The notes under the pieces were generated by a model. The model was not told the DNA's origin and did not search any database. It saw only the letters and a list, made by a program, of their open reading frames with translations. Shown piece after piece: positions 9,298 to 19,405 of a DNA stretch of 55,234 nt. Position 1 is the first letter of the stretch, and each line of letters starts with the position of its first letter. Made by a program: the position numbers and the translations under genes. This DNA comes from Eubacteriales bacterium (GTDB lineage Bacteria; Bacillota; Clostridia; Oscillospirales; CAG-272): the NCBI GenBank assembly GCA_045606685.1, contig JAZUSJ010000140.1, forward strand, positions 1 through 55,234. Direction: 5' to 3'.

Positions 9298-12200
9298 ATG
9301 AAGGCCGTGGACGATCAGTTGGTAACCGTGCGCAAGGTCACGGGCTTCACCAAAGACCAGATGGCGGAGATCGAGGCGCAGGCTTATAAAACCGCAAAGG
9401 CTTACGGCGTGGCGGCAGACGCTTATCTGGAAAACGTGGCGGCATTTTCCCGCGCCGGTTATAAAGAGCGGGCAAGCGAGCTGGCGGAGCTGGCTGTCAA
9501 GACGCAGTTGGTTGGCGACACCACGGCAGAAGTGGCGAATCAGTTCCTTTTGTCGGTGGACGCGGCATATCAGTACAAGGGAAACATTCAAGAGCTGCAA
9601 AAGGTGCTTGATGGTGCCAACGAAATTGATAACAAATACGCAACCTCCATTGAAAAAATCGCATCCGGTTTGGGAATCGTCGCCCCCGTTGCGAAGCAGG
9701 CGCGGGTCGGCATTGACGAGCTGACGGCGGCAATTGGTACGATCACGGCGGTGACGCAGCGTTCCGGCTCGGAGGCGGCACGTGCGTTCCGCGCTCTCGC
9801 GTTGAATATCATCGGCGACACGACGACCGAAGTGGAGGACGGCGCGACGTGGACGGTGGGCGAGATCGCAGGTCTGCGCGACGTGCTGAAAACCTATGCG
9901 CCGGAGGCCGTGAGAGCGGCAGAGGCGACGGGCAAGGTCATCAACCCCATGGAGGCCATCGGCGGCTTGGCAAAGTCCATGAAGGAAGGACTTTTGACCG
10001 AGCAGCAGCTTATGAGCATGGTTTCCGACATCGGCGGCAAGCTGCGTACTTCCCAGCTTTTGGCATTGATCCAGAACTGGGATATGTACCAGAGTATGCT
10101 GAAGGATTATCGCGGCGCGGTCGGCAGTGCGGACAAGGAAGTTGAGAACGCGCTGGACAGTTGGACGCGGAAAAGCGAAATCCTGAAGAATACATGGGTC
10201 GAGTTCCTGAACAACGTAATCAGCACGGACACGATCAAGGGCGCTTTGGACTTTTTTACGAAAGCGGTTGACGCGCTGAACACTGACCTCGGCAGAACGG
10301 TGCTTGCGCTGGGCGCGGTGAACGGTGCGATCATCCTGATCGGGAAAAGCCTTGCTCGGGCTATGAGCGAAAACAAGAACGCGGGGATTCTGGCGTTGGT
10401 ACAGGAGTTTCCCGTTCTGGCGGCGACTGTCGGAAAGTTTATGCTTGCCGCAGGCGCGGTCGCTGGCATCGTATACGGGCTGAAAAAACTTGTTGATTAC
10501 GATAAAGCCCACAAGGAAACCTTTGAAAAAGCAAAAAAGCGCGTTGAGGAACTGAACGCCGAATATGAAAAAATGTTCGGCGCAGGCACAGAATACGACA
10601 CGCTTATCAGTCAAACAGAAAAACTTACACAGGCAGACAAAGAGCGCCTTGCCGTGTTGGAGGGGCAGCGCAAGGCAATGGAAGATCAAATCGCCATTGC
10701 CAAAAAAGAAGAGTTTGAACAGTTCCGCCAGCGGGAACAGGCCGGAGATTCCCGCTCTATGGAAATGGTTTCTTATGGAAATCACAGAGGCGAACGCGCC
10801 CGTTATACAAAATCCTATGAGCAGGTAGAACTTGACCTTTTGAAAGAAGGACAGGCTGCGGCGAAAACAGCAGAACAGTACGGCGCGCTTGTTGTTGCAA
10901 ACAAAGAACGGTATGAACTGCTGATTCAAATGCGGGATGCGGGATTTGAACTCTCCGATGTTGAAACAGAGTTTGTCCGTTTGTACGGCCAGTTGGCAAA
11001 GCGATATTCCGAAATGGCAGAAGGGGCGAAAACCTATCTCGGAACGCTTGAAAAACAGAACGTTGAAACGCAGATCCTTTTGGGCGTTGTAACAAAGATC
11101 GCGCCGCAGTATGAAGCGCTTGTCAAGGCGCAGCAGGAAAGCGACGAAAACGGGCGTCTTTCGGTGGCGACGCTGACGACGCTGAACGAAAAATATCCCG
11201 AGCTGATCCAGTATCTTACGCTGACGGAAAACGGGTATATTCTGACAAAATCGGCGGTGGATCAGTACATTCAATCTACCCAGCTTGTGGCAAACGGAGC
11301 ATCTGGGCTGATTGACGCTTCTCGTTTGAAGGCGGCTGGATTTGACGTGGAGCGGATGAGCGTCCGCGCTCTGCTGGAAGCCATGCTTGAACTTTACAAA
11401 GCTGAGGCGATGGTTTCCGGCGCAAAAAACAATATTATTATTGGGCCGGATGGAGAAGTCATCTCGCAGGGACGAGGCGCAAACGGAACAAACGGAGGAA
11501 ATCTTAACGACGCAGTAAACAGCAAGATTCAAGCTGTGCAGTCAGCGCTTGACAACCTGGACGTTATAGACAAAGCGTTCGATCAGTTTGATTTTTCTGG
11601 CGGAGGCGGCTCGGGCGGAGGCGGCGGAAGTTCTTCCGCGAAGTCCCAGACCGACGCTGTGCTGGACGGACACAAAAAGACCGTCGCTCTGCTGAAAAGC
11701 GAACTTGACCTCATGGAGAAGCAGGGCGCTTCCGGCAAAGACCGCATCGACAAGCTGAAAGACATTCAGGGCGCCCTGCATGACGAGGCGGAATATCTGC
11801 GGAGCATCGGTGCGGAGCAGACCGAGATCAACGCCCTTTCTTCGGAATGGTGGGACATTGAAAAGCAGATCAGGGACATCCAGAAGGAGATCGTTGACGA
11901 GCTGAAGGCGGCTGTGGACGCACAGCTTGAACAGGCGGCTGCGGTGCGTGACGCCAAAATCGACGCGCTGGACAAGCAGCTTGACGCGCTGAAGGAAGCC
12001 CGCGACGTAGAGCAAGACCGGCTGACGCTGGAGGAAAAACAGCTTGCCGTGGAAGAGGCCCGCGCCGCGCTGGAGGAAGCCCGAAACGAACGGAACGTGC
12101 GCTATTACAACGCCGCTACGGGGCAATGGGAATGGGGCGCGAACGGGCAGAGCGTAAAGAGTGCGGAGGAAGCGCTGGCGAACGCGGAAAAGGCGCTGGC

Positions 12201-13278
12201 TGATTATCAGGAAGAGATGGCTTATGAAGCGGCGGTCAAGGAGATCGAGGCGCAGAAGGACGCCATCAATGCGGCTTATGACGCGCTGAAGAGCGAGTGG
12301 GACGCCATTTTGAAAAGCCTGGAAGAGCCGACGCGTGCCATCGGTGACATTCTGAACGACCTTGCCTCTGTGACGCTCCCGCAGGTGCAAGCCAGCCTGG
12401 AAGCGTTTGCGGCGATGGTAGGCGCTGTTTCCGGCGGCGGAAGCGGCGGCAGCACAAGCGGCATTCCCGCAGGGAAGGGCGCTCCGTGGACGCGGAAACT
12501 TACTCACGGGGGCATTACCACCGACGAAATCTACCAATACGGCGATTGGGACAGCGTGCGGAGCATGACCCCCGAAGAAATGCAGCACTATCTTGAAACG
12601 GGACAGCTCCCCGAAGGATATCAATTCGTCCACTACGCCGGGCCGAGCATGGGCGAGAGCTACGGTGATACTGACCGCTACTGGATGGATGACGACTATT
12701 ATGAGCAAATCCAGCAGTACAAGCGGGAATATGAAGAGGCAAAGGCGCGGGGCGACACCGCCGCCATGGAGGAAGCGCACAGAAAAGCCGAGGCGCTTCG
12801 GGCAAGGCTGGGGTACAGCGGCGGCGACGACGGAACGGGCTATGATCCGATCATCGTATATGCCCCGCCCGGAAGCAACCTTTACGACAACAGTCTGACG
12901 GGGAAACTCAATTCCCCCTATGAGCCGATCGTTTACGGGCCTCCTTATGACAGCGGCGGCATTTTGCGCGGGCTGGGCGGAATCAAGGCGACGCGGCAGG
13001 ATGAAATTGTGCTGCCTCCCGACGTGACGAATTACCTTCTTCGCCCATCGGCAGACAGCCGCTTCCGGCAGAGGATGAACGAACTGCGTTTCTTCTACGG
13101 CACGGGAACGGCGAAGGACAGAGCCGGAAAAATCGGAAGCAAGGCGGAACTGCACGACCACAGCGGCGCGGAATATCACTTCGGGAACATCACGCTTTCG
13201 GAGGAACGCGCAAAAAACACCTCTGTTTTCGAACTGGCGAAGATGAGCAAAAATCTGATTATTTACAATCACGCATAA
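9298..13278 (+). CDS. Tail tape measure protein (true start very probably upstream, near 9013-9030)
   Basis: 1326-aa ORF with a TP901-type core (VRKVTGFTKDQMAEIEAQAYKTAKAYGV), a membrane-like central segment, long coiled coils and Gly/Ser linkers. The frame is open from 9007 to 9297 with TMP-like sequence but no ATG/GTG/TTG. Confidence 0.85.
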   Translation: MKAVDDQLVTVRKVTGFTKDQMAEIEAQAYKTAKAYGVAADAYLENVAAFSRAGYKERASELAELAVKTQLVGDTTAEVANQFLLSVDAAYQYKGNIQELQKVLDGANEIDNKYATSIEKIASGLGIVAPVAKQARVGIDELTAAIGTITAVTQRSGSEAARAFRALALNIIGDTTTEVEDGATWTVGEIAGLRDVLKTYAPEAVRAAEATGKVINPMEAIGGLAKSMKEGLLTEQQLMSMVSDIGGKLRTSQLLALIQNWDMYQSMLKDYRGAVGSADKEVENALDSWTRKSEILKNTWVEFLNNVISTDTIKGALDFFTKAVDALNTDLGRTVLALGAVNGAIILIGKSLARAMSENKNAGILALVQEFPVLAATVGKFMLAAGAVAGIVYGLKKLVDYDKAHKETFEKAKKRVEELNAEYEKMFGAGTEYDTLISQTEKLTQADKERLAVLEGQRKAMEDQIAIAKKEEFEQFRQREQAGDSRSMEMVSYGNHRGERARYTKSYEQVELDLLKEGQAAAKTAEQYGALVVANKERYELLIQMRDAGFELSDVETEFVRLYGQLAKRYSEMAEGAKTYLGTLEKQNVETQILLGVVTKIAPQYEALVKAQQESDENGRLSVATLTTLNEKYPELIQYLTLTENGYILTKSAVDQYIQSTQLVANGASGLIDASRLKAAGFDVERMSVRALLEAMLELYKAEAMVSGAKNNIIIGPDGEVISQGRGANGTNGGNLNDAVNSKIQAVQSALDNLDVIDKAFDQFDFSGGGGSGGGGGSSSAKSQTDAVLDGHKKTVALLKSELDLMEKQGASGKDRIDKLKDIQGALHDEAEYLRSIGAEQTEINALSSEWWDIEKQIRDIQKEIVDELKAAVDAQLEQAAAVRDAKIDALDKQLDALKEARDVEQDRLTLEEKQLAVEEARAALEEARNERNVRYYNAATGQWEWGANGQSVKSAEEALANAEKALADYQEEMAYEAAVKEIEAQKDAINAAYDALKSEWDAILKSLEEPTRAIGDILNDLASVTLPQVQASLEAFAAMVGAVSGGGSGGSTSGIPAGKGAPWTRKLTHGGITTDEIYQYGDWDSVRSMTPEEMQHYLETGQLPEGYQFVHYAGPSMGESYGDTDRYWMDDDYYEQIQQYKREYEEAKARGDTAAMEEAHRKAEALRARLGYSGGDDGTGYDPIIVYAPPGSNLYDNSLTGKLNSPYEPIVYGPPYDSGGILRGLGGIKATRQDEIVLPPDVTNYLLRPSADSRFRQRMNELRFFYGTGTAKDRAGKIGSKAELHDHSGAEYHFGNITLSEERAKNTSVFELAKMSKNLIIYNHA

Positions 13279-13290
13279 GGGAGGGATTGG

Positions 13291-15804
13291 ATGAGCCTTT
13301 TTCAGCCGACAAACGTCACGCCCTCGGTGTTCGGCCCCACGGGAAGCGGCGTTGTGGACGCAAGCGGGGATCTGACGATCACTTGGCAGGTCAACGGCAA
13401 CAGCGCCATGACCGCCTATATGGTGCAGATTTACACCAACGACACCACAAACACGCTGCTTTACGATTCCGGGCGGCTGACCACGAACTGCCCGTTTTAC
13501 GGGACAAAGGCAAACGGAGAGGTGGAGTTTTTCAGCCACACCATCCCCGCCGGAACGATGACGCCTCCCACGAACGCGGTCAGCTCTACGGGAAGCGTAA
13601 CGGGTGTGGCCTGCAACTATGAGCAGTTTGCGGCGAAGACGGGAAGCCAGACGGGGACGCTGACCTTTTATGCAAAGCGGTTTTACAACAGCCTTGTTTT
13701 GTGGGGCGTCGGACAGGCGCCGCTGACCATTTGGGACGCAATCAGACTGGACGAATACGGAATCTCTTACGACGGGGCCGTGGCCATAGACGGATTTTTT
13801 ATGGTAAACGGCACGGCGGAGGACGGAGATACCATTACGGTTTCGATGACGGCGGGCTATGGCAACGGCGCAAGCTACAAAAGCATCATCACAATGTGGT
13901 GGAGCGACACGGAGAGCGTGACGCAGACCAGCGGAAACGTGTTCATCACAAGAGAAACGCCGACGCTGACGATGGGGGCGATTCCCTCCCCCGTCGCGTC
14001 GCGGTCGAACACCTTTACGGCGGTCTATTCTCAGCCGCAAGGCGACGCTTTGAGCTTTGTGCGGTGGCAGATCGCCGTTGCGGGACAGACCGAAAATCCC
14101 GTTTTTGACACGGGAAAGGTCTTTTGCACGGCGCAGCTTTCCATCACTTACGACGGGCTTTTCCCGGACACGATCTACGCGGTGCGGTGCAGCGGCGAAA
14201 CGAGCAGCGGAACGCTTGTGGACACGGGCTGGACGGTATTTTCCGTGGATTATCCCACAAGCGACATGACGGGCTATGTGACGGCGGCTTGCAGCGGCGG
14301 GGACGGCGTTGCCGTGGGATGGTCGCGCATTTCCTACATCATGGGAACGGGAAGCGGAACGTGGTCTGTGACGAGCCAGCATCTCTCGCTGGATTCCGGC
14401 GCAAGCGTCACATGGAACGAAGTGAGCGGAAACGCCATGCAGTTCCCCGCGCCGTGGAGCGTGTTTTATCAAGGGACGCTGTGCGGCGAAAGCGTGACGC
14501 TGTTTTCCGCGGACACGAGCGGCGGCGCTCTGGCGCTGGAATACAACAATACAACGCAGACGCTGAGGCTTGCGGTGGGCGGATTTACGCTTGCCGTTCA
14601 GGAGAACATTCCCAACACGGCGGAGATCACGGCTGTCGTTACGCCGGACACCCTTTATTTGCGCACAAAACGGCTTACAGGCGGACTTTATCCGTCGAAT
14701 ACACTTTATCCCTCCGAAACGCTTTACCCGAGCGACGACGATATTGTGGCGATCAACACATATACATTCCCCATCTCTTATACGCAGGGAAGCATTTCGG
14801 AACTTCGGCTTTCCGGCAGACAGGTGGCGGATTGGCTTTATGTGTGCATGAGCGGACAGGAGAGCGCCTATATCGCGGCGGCGATGGACGGAACATTTTC
14901 TCCGGCATTTGACGAGATCGCCTATTTCTGCGCGGACTTTTCCAACGGTTTGAACGCGGGCAATCTGCAATCCGAAGACCCGCTGACAGGCGTTTCGGTC
15001 TATCGGAGGACGAACACGGAAAGCGGGCTGACGCGGCTTGCCGCGTTGCCGCTGAATCAGGTCATTTTGCTTGACCGCGCCGTGACCAACGGGAACGCAT
15101 ATACCTATTATGTTTTCCCGGAAAGCGAGAACGCATTTTCTTTTGCGCCTCTGGTTTCCAACAGCGCGGGGCCGTGTTATTGGGACTGGGTGCTTTTGGA
15201 ATGTTCTCAGCAGGAGGACGGCACGTATTCCGTGGTGAGCGAATACCACTTTGGGAAAAACCTTTCCACGGGGAGCATGGGGAACAACAACGAGCCGAAC
15301 GTGCTGAAGAACTTTACCCGCTGGCCTCTGGTGCAGAAGGACACGGCAAACTACAAGAGCGGACAGTTGACTTCTTTGATCGGCGTGATCGACGGAACGA
15401 CGGGAGAATATACCGATACGGCGGCGCTGCGGGACATGATCTACGCGCTTTCGCTGACGGAAAACACCCTGTTTCTGAAGAACAGGAAGGGCGATCTGTG
15501 GAAGGTGGCGCTGACGGGCGAGGTAAGCATGGAGACCGAGGACAACAGCAGACAGCAGGCGCAGACCGTGACCCTTTCGTGGGCGGAGATCGGAAGCGCC
15601 GAGGGCGTTGTGATCCTTGGCAAGGCGACCATGCCGGAGCTGAACGTCACGGGGCAGACAAAGACCGTTTCGCCCACGTTTGCGAAGCAGGTCATCAAGC
15701 CGGACGCGGGCTTTACGAGCCTGGCAAGCGTGGTGGTGGAGCCGATCAGCGTGACAAAGGAGCAGAACGCGGCGGGCGGCTATACCGTGACCATCGGACA
15801 GTGA
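13291..15804 (+). CDS. Distal tail / tail-tip structural protein (837 aa)
   Basis: GGGAGGGATTGG-ATG directly after the tape-measure gene; beta-rich sequence. Confidence 0.55.
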   Translation: MSLFQPTNVTPSVFGPTGSGVVDASGDLTITWQVNGNSAMTAYMVQIYTNDTTNTLLYDSGRLTTNCPFYGTKANGEVEFFSHTIPAGTMTPPTNAVSSTGSVTGVACNYEQFAAKTGSQTGTLTFYAKRFYNSLVLWGVGQAPLTIWDAIRLDEYGISYDGAVAIDGFFMVNGTAEDGDTITVSMTAGYGNGASYKSIITMWWSDTESVTQTSGNVFITRETPTLTMGAIPSPVASRSNTFTAVYSQPQGDALSFVRWQIAVAGQTENPVFDTGKVFCTAQLSITYDGLFPDTIYAVRCSGETSSGTLVDTGWTVFSVDYPTSDMTGYVTAACSGGDGVAVGWSRISYIMGTGSGTWSVTSQHLSLDSGASVTWNEVSGNAMQFPAPWSVFYQGTLCGESVTLFSADTSGGALALEYNNTTQTLRLAVGGFTLAVQENIPNTAEITAVVTPDTLYLRTKRLTGGLYPSNTLYPSETLYPSDDDIVAINTYTFPISYTQGSISELRLSGRQVADWLYVCMSGQESAYIAAAMDGTFSPAFDEIAYFCADFSNGLNAGNLQSEDPLTGVSVYRRTNTESGLTRLAALPLNQVILLDRAVTNGNAYTYYVFPESENAFSFAPLVSNSAGPCYWDWVLLECSQQEDGTYSVVSEYHFGKNLSTGSMGNNNEPNVLKNFTRWPLVQKDTANYKSGQLTSLIGVIDGTTGEYTDTAALRDMIYALSLTENTLFLKNRKGDLWKVALTGEVSMETEDNSRQQAQTVTLSWAEIGSAEGVVILGKATMPELNVTGQTKTVSPTFAKQVIKPDAGFTSLASVVVEPISVTKEQNAAGGYTVTIGQ

Positions 15805-15817
15805 GGGGGAGAGCGGC

Positions 15818-17059
15818 ATGACAGAAGCGCAAAAGCTGACAGATTATTACAAAATGCTGCGAACGCCATTTACCAAGCTGGTGCGGCTGCGGTTTCTGAA
15901 TCCCGACGGAAGCACGGCGTTTTCCCTTGACAACAGCGCGCAAAACCCCAACAGCGCAAACTTTATTTCGGACGGGTCGATCTCCGTGAATCTGCAAAAC
16001 GGGCAGAGGCGCACGGCGAACGTGACGCTTTCCAACGTGGACGGGCAGTACGACTACAGCGTGAACAAGCTGTGGTTTGGAACGGAGATCGCCCTGGACG
16101 AAGGGCTGATCCTTTCGGACGGGACGGAATATTATTTCCAGCAGGGCGTATTTGTGATCGAAACGCCAACGGAATCCGTTTTCCCCAACGGGCGGACGGT
16201 GACGCTGAATCTTGTGGACAAGTGGGCGAAGCTGGACGGGACGCTGGGCGGAAATCTGGAAGCGACATATCAGGTGGCGGCCGGTGTGAACATTTATCAG
16301 CCGATCGCGGCGCTTTTGCAGGAGGACGCGGGAAACGGCTATCCCATCGACAGAGTGCTGCCCGTGTTTACGGAATACTACAACGGCAAGACGCAGGCGC
16401 TCCCGGACGGAAGCACGGCGAATCTTACGGACACGCCATATACGCTGACCGTGGAGGCCGGGCAGACCAAGGCCGACGTGATATTGGGTCTTTCGGGCAT
16501 GGTGAACGCATGGACGGGCTATGACCGCACGGGTGCGCTGCGGCTGGAGGCGTCGCAGGACGACATTCTGGACAGCGACAAGCCGCTTTCGTGGCAGTTT
16601 TCCATGGAGGACACGCTGATCTTGGGAGCCAGTTATCAGGTGCTGAACACGCAGGTCTACAACGATTACATTGTTGTGGGCGAAACGCTGAGCGGGTATG
16701 CGCAGCCCAGCGGACGGGCGGAAAACCTTGACCCGCAGAGTGACACGAACATCGGTCTGATCGGTCGGAAAACCCTTTGGGTGCAGCAATCCGGCTTTTA
16801 CACGGATACCATGTGCCGGGATTATGCGGAATGGAAGCTGAAGCGGGCGGCGGCGCTGCAAAAGGCCGTGACCATCTCCTGCGGTCAGATGTTCCATCTG
16901 GAAGAGAATACCATCGTGACCATCGTGCGGACGGACAAGCCGGGCGCCCCTGTGGAGCGGCATCTGGTGATGGGGTTTTCCAGACCGCTTGCCTCTACCG
17001 GCGAAATGACGGTGAACGCCGTGTCGGTGCAGGATTTTCCGATTGCAACCGTAAGCTGA
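15818..17059 (+). CDS. Tail-associated (hub/Tal N-terminal-like) protein
   Basis: Second gene after the tape measure. The N-terminus (RLRFLNPDGS...ISVNLQNGQRRTANVTLSNVDGQYD) resembles prophage tail/endopeptidase-tail family proteins. Confidence 0.5.
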   Translation: MTEAQKLTDYYKMLRTPFTKLVRLRFLNPDGSTAFSLDNSAQNPNSANFISDGSISVNLQNGQRRTANVTLSNVDGQYDYSVNKLWFGTEIALDEGLILSDGTEYYFQQGVFVIETPTESVFPNGRTVTLNLVDKWAKLDGTLGGNLEATYQVAAGVNIYQPIAALLQEDAGNGYPIDRVLPVFTEYYNGKTQALPDGSTANLTDTPYTLTVEAGQTKADVILGLSGMVNAWTGYDRTGALRLEASQDDILDSDKPLSWQFSMEDTLILGASYQVLNTQVYNDYIVVGETLSGYAQPSGRAENLDPQSDTNIGLIGRKTLWVQQSGFYTDTMCRDYAEWKLKRAAALQKAVTISCGQMFHLEENTIVTIVRTDKPGAPVERHLVMGFSRPLASTGEMTVNAVSVQDFPIATVS

Positions 17060-17087
17060 AACAATTCACATACAGGAGGACTTGCAG

Positions 17088-17282
17088 ATGAGCAAAAAGA
17101 TGAAGCTGAGAAAGACCATTTGCTTTTCGGACGGGACGCGGGCGGAGATCAAGGGGGAAAACGCCCGGTATTGGCTGTGCGAAAAGGCGCAATTCAGAAA
17201 AAGCAACCCCCGCATCGTTGCCGTTGAAGTGGAACGGCTGAAGGACGAAAAGGACGAGGAACAGGAAGAAGAGGTGAAGTGA
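17088..17282 (+). CDS. Small basic/acidic protein (64 aa)
   Basis: ACAGGAGGA 7 nt upstream of ATG. Confidence 0.45.
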   Translation: MSKKMKLRKTICFSDGTRAEIKGENARYWLCEKAQFRKSNPRIVAVEVERLKDEKDEEQEEEVK

Positions 17283-17283
17283 A

Positions 17284-17736
17284 ATGCCGATCGTGAACGG
17301 GCGGTATCAGGCCCCCACATGGATCAACGGGCAAAGCCCGGCCATCAACGCAAGCGAGCTTCAGGCGATTTGCGATTCTATTGAGCAGGCGGGAAACGGG
17401 ATCTCCACGCTTATGCCTCTGCTTACCGAGGCCGGAAAGCTGGAAACGGGGTCTTACACGGGAACGGGCGCGACCGGAAGCGCAAACCCCGTTGTGCTGA
17501 GTTTTTCCATCACGCCGAAGCTGGTGGTTGTTCAGGATAATGCAAGCACTGGATTCGCGGTGTTTGTGAATCCAGCGACACGGGCAAGCAGCCTTTATAA
17601 CACCAGCGTAAACGGCGCCCAACTGTTCGTTTCGTGGACGGCAAGCGGCATGAGCTTTTACGGAACAGCCTCCAGCGCGGCAAACACTCTCAACAAGAGC
17701 GGCGACACGTACAATTACATTGCCATCGGCCTGTAA
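17284..17736 (+). CDS. Tail fibre-associated hypothetical protein (150 aa)
   Basis: The N-terminus MPIVNGRYQAPTWINGQSPAINASELQAI is typical of Firmicutes phage fibre-module proteins. Confidence 0.5.
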   Translation: MPIVNGRYQAPTWINGQSPAINASELQAICDSIEQAGNGISTLMPLLTEAGKLETGSYTGTGATGSANPVVLSFSITPKLVVVQDNASTGFAVFVNPATRASSLYNTSVNGAQLFVSWTASGMSFYGTASSAANTLNKSGDTYNYIAIGL

Positions 17737-17751
17737 AAAGGGGGAACGGAA

Positions 17752-18087
17752 ATGCTTATCATTGAAATCGACCCGCTGGAAAACGGGGCGCACAGGAATC
17801 AGAACGTCGCGTGGGACGGCGTTATGGAGGACTATCCTCTGCCCGAGGGATGGGCCATCGTGCCGGAGGAAATCGAGATCCCCGCCACTTTCCCGTTTGT
17901 GAACGTGAAAGAGGAAAACGGGATCGTGACCGAGATGACGGCGGGCGTTGTTCCGCCCGAGCCGGAGCCCGAGCCTGACCCCGAGCCGGAGCCTGCCGGG
18001 GACTATGCCACGAAAGAGGACGTGGAGGCGGTGTATACCGAACTGGCAAACGCATTTCGAGAGGGGGTAAACGGTTATGAGCAGTAA
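17752..18087 (+). CDS. Hypothetical protein with PEPEPEPDPEPEP linker
   Basis: GGGGGAACGGAA-ATG; ORF packed within the operon. Confidence 0.5.
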   Translation: MLIIEIDPLENGAHRNQNVAWDGVMEDYPLPEGWAIVPEEIEIPATFPFVNVKEENGIVTEMTAGVVPPEPEPEPDPEPEPAGDYATKEDVEAVYTELANAFREGVNGYEQ

Positions 18088-18529
18088 AGCGGAAGCCCTT
18101 GACATCATGCGGGAAACGGGGCGCTTGCAGGCAAAGGCGCTGGCAGAAAGCGTAAAGGCGGGCGGCGTGACAGATACGGAGATCATCGACAGGGAGATCG
18201 CCGTGCCGGATTTTGACCCGCTGAAGGATTATACCGGGTGCGCCGTGGGAACGCCCGTTGCGGACGGCGGACAGGTGTACGGTCTGCTTCAGCCGTACAA
18301 TGCGGCGAACTATCCCCAAAGACCGGCTGACCTGCCCGCTTTGTGGGGACTGAAGCACACGAAAAATCCCGAACGGGCGAAGCCTTACGTTGCGCCCCTC
18401 GGGACAAGCGGACTGTATATGGCGGGTGAGTGCTGCATCTTTGAGGGCAAGGTGTATATCAGCGCCATCGACAACAATTCCTGGACGCCTACCGGCTATC
18501 CGCAGGGATGGACGGAATACGGCAAGTAA
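18077..18529 (+). CDS. Hypothetical protein with CBM5/12-like carbohydrate-binding C-terminus
   Basis: YMAGECCIFEGKVYISAIDNNSWTPTGYPQGWTEY resembles the aromatic CBM5/12 pattern. Confidence 0.45.
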   Translation: MSSKAEALDIMRETGRLQAKALAESVKAGGVTDTEIIDREIAVPDFDPLKDYTGCAVGTPVADGGQVYGLLQPYNAANYPQRPADLPALWGLKHTKNPERAKPYVAPLGTSGLYMAGECCIFEGKVYISAIDNNSWTPTGYPQGWTEYGK

Positions 18530-18556
18530 GCACAGCGCAGGGGGCGACTTCATTTT

Positions 18557-18940
18557 TTGGAGGACACCACAAGGGACATCACACTGAACGCCAACACGAT
18601 CATTACGGCGGCGGCGGTTATCAGCGCGTTCGGCGTCGTATTCGCCGCGCTGAAAAAGATCACGCTTTTTCTTGAACGCCAGAAGGATCAGGACAAAGAG
18701 CTGACAGAGGCGCGGGAAGAGATCAAGCGGCTGAAGGAACGGCTGGAGGCGCTGGAACGGACAGAGGAAGAGATCAAGGAACTGCGCTCGGCCTTTGCCG
18801 ACATGAAGGAAGAGCAGACTTTGGTTTGCTACGGGCTGCGGGCCTGCCTTCAGGGGCTTGCGGAGCAGGGCTGCGACGGGCCGGTGCATGACGCAATCGA
18901 CAAGCTGGACAAGCATTTGAATCAAGCGGCGCACAGGTAA
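18557..18940 (+). CDS. Membrane-anchored coiled-coil protein (holin-associated candidate)
   Basis: N-terminal hydrophobic helix IITAAAVISAFGVVFAAL followed by a coiled coil; sits upstream of the holin; TTG start is uncertain. Confidence 0.4.
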   Translation: MEDTTRDITLNANTIITAAAVISAFGVVFAALKKITLFLERQKDQDKELTEAREEIKRLKERLEALERTEEEIKELRSAFADMKEEQTLVCYGLRACLQGLAEQGCDGPVHDAIDKLDKHLNQAAHR

Positions 18941-18979
18941 AACCTTTTGCGCCCGGAAAAACAGGAAGGAGATTTTCTT

Positions 18980-19405
18980 ATGAGCAAAGAAGAACTGATC
19001 GTCACTTACGCGATCCCCGCGCTGATCGCCATCCTCGGCGGCATCGCCGCATGGCTGGGAACGCAACTGAAAGGCATCTATCAGACCCACGTGAACGACA
19101 AGACGAAACGCGCCGTGGTGCGCATTTGCGTCAAGGCGGCGGAGCAGCTTTATCACGAACTGAGCGGCCCCGAAAAGCTGAAGAAGGCGCAGGAGGGCAT
19201 CGTTTCCATGCTCAACGAAAAGGGAATCCCCATCTCCGAGCTGGAAATGAACGCGCTGATCGAGAGCGTTGTCTGTGAGTTTAATTACGGTTTTGGTCTG
19301 AAAGACCTGTTTGTGGAAGGGGAAGAATATACTGACGCGGAATATGCGGAGGCGGAAGGCTCCGATAGTGAAACCGTGAACGAGGAAGAAGGGGCTTCGC
19401 TGTGA
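18980..19405 (+). CDS. Holin, LL-H-like
   Basis: GGAAGGAG SD. N-terminal TM helix (IPALIAILGGIAAWLG) followed by AVVRICVKAAEQ...GPEKLKKAQEGI...GIPISELEMNALIESVV, as in LL-H type holins. Confidence 0.6.
   Translation: MSKEELIVTYAIPALIAILGGIAAWLGTQLKGIYQTHVNDKTKRAVVRICVKAAEQLYHELSGPEKLKKAQEGIVSMLNEKGIPISELEMNALIESVVCEFNYGFGLKDLFVEGEEYTDAEYAEAEGSDSETVNEEEGASL

Noticed and set aside
7285-15819. Very long - strand ORFs (1415 aa and 1425 aa) antisense to the tail genes, plus similar ones at 2868..3887, 5141..6493, 17822..19453 and 47979..49589
   Set aside because: Their translations are Arg/Gly/His/Val-rich low-information sequence typical of the antisense frame of GC-rich genes. The + strand ORFs have SD sequences, operon packing and recognisable phage motifs.
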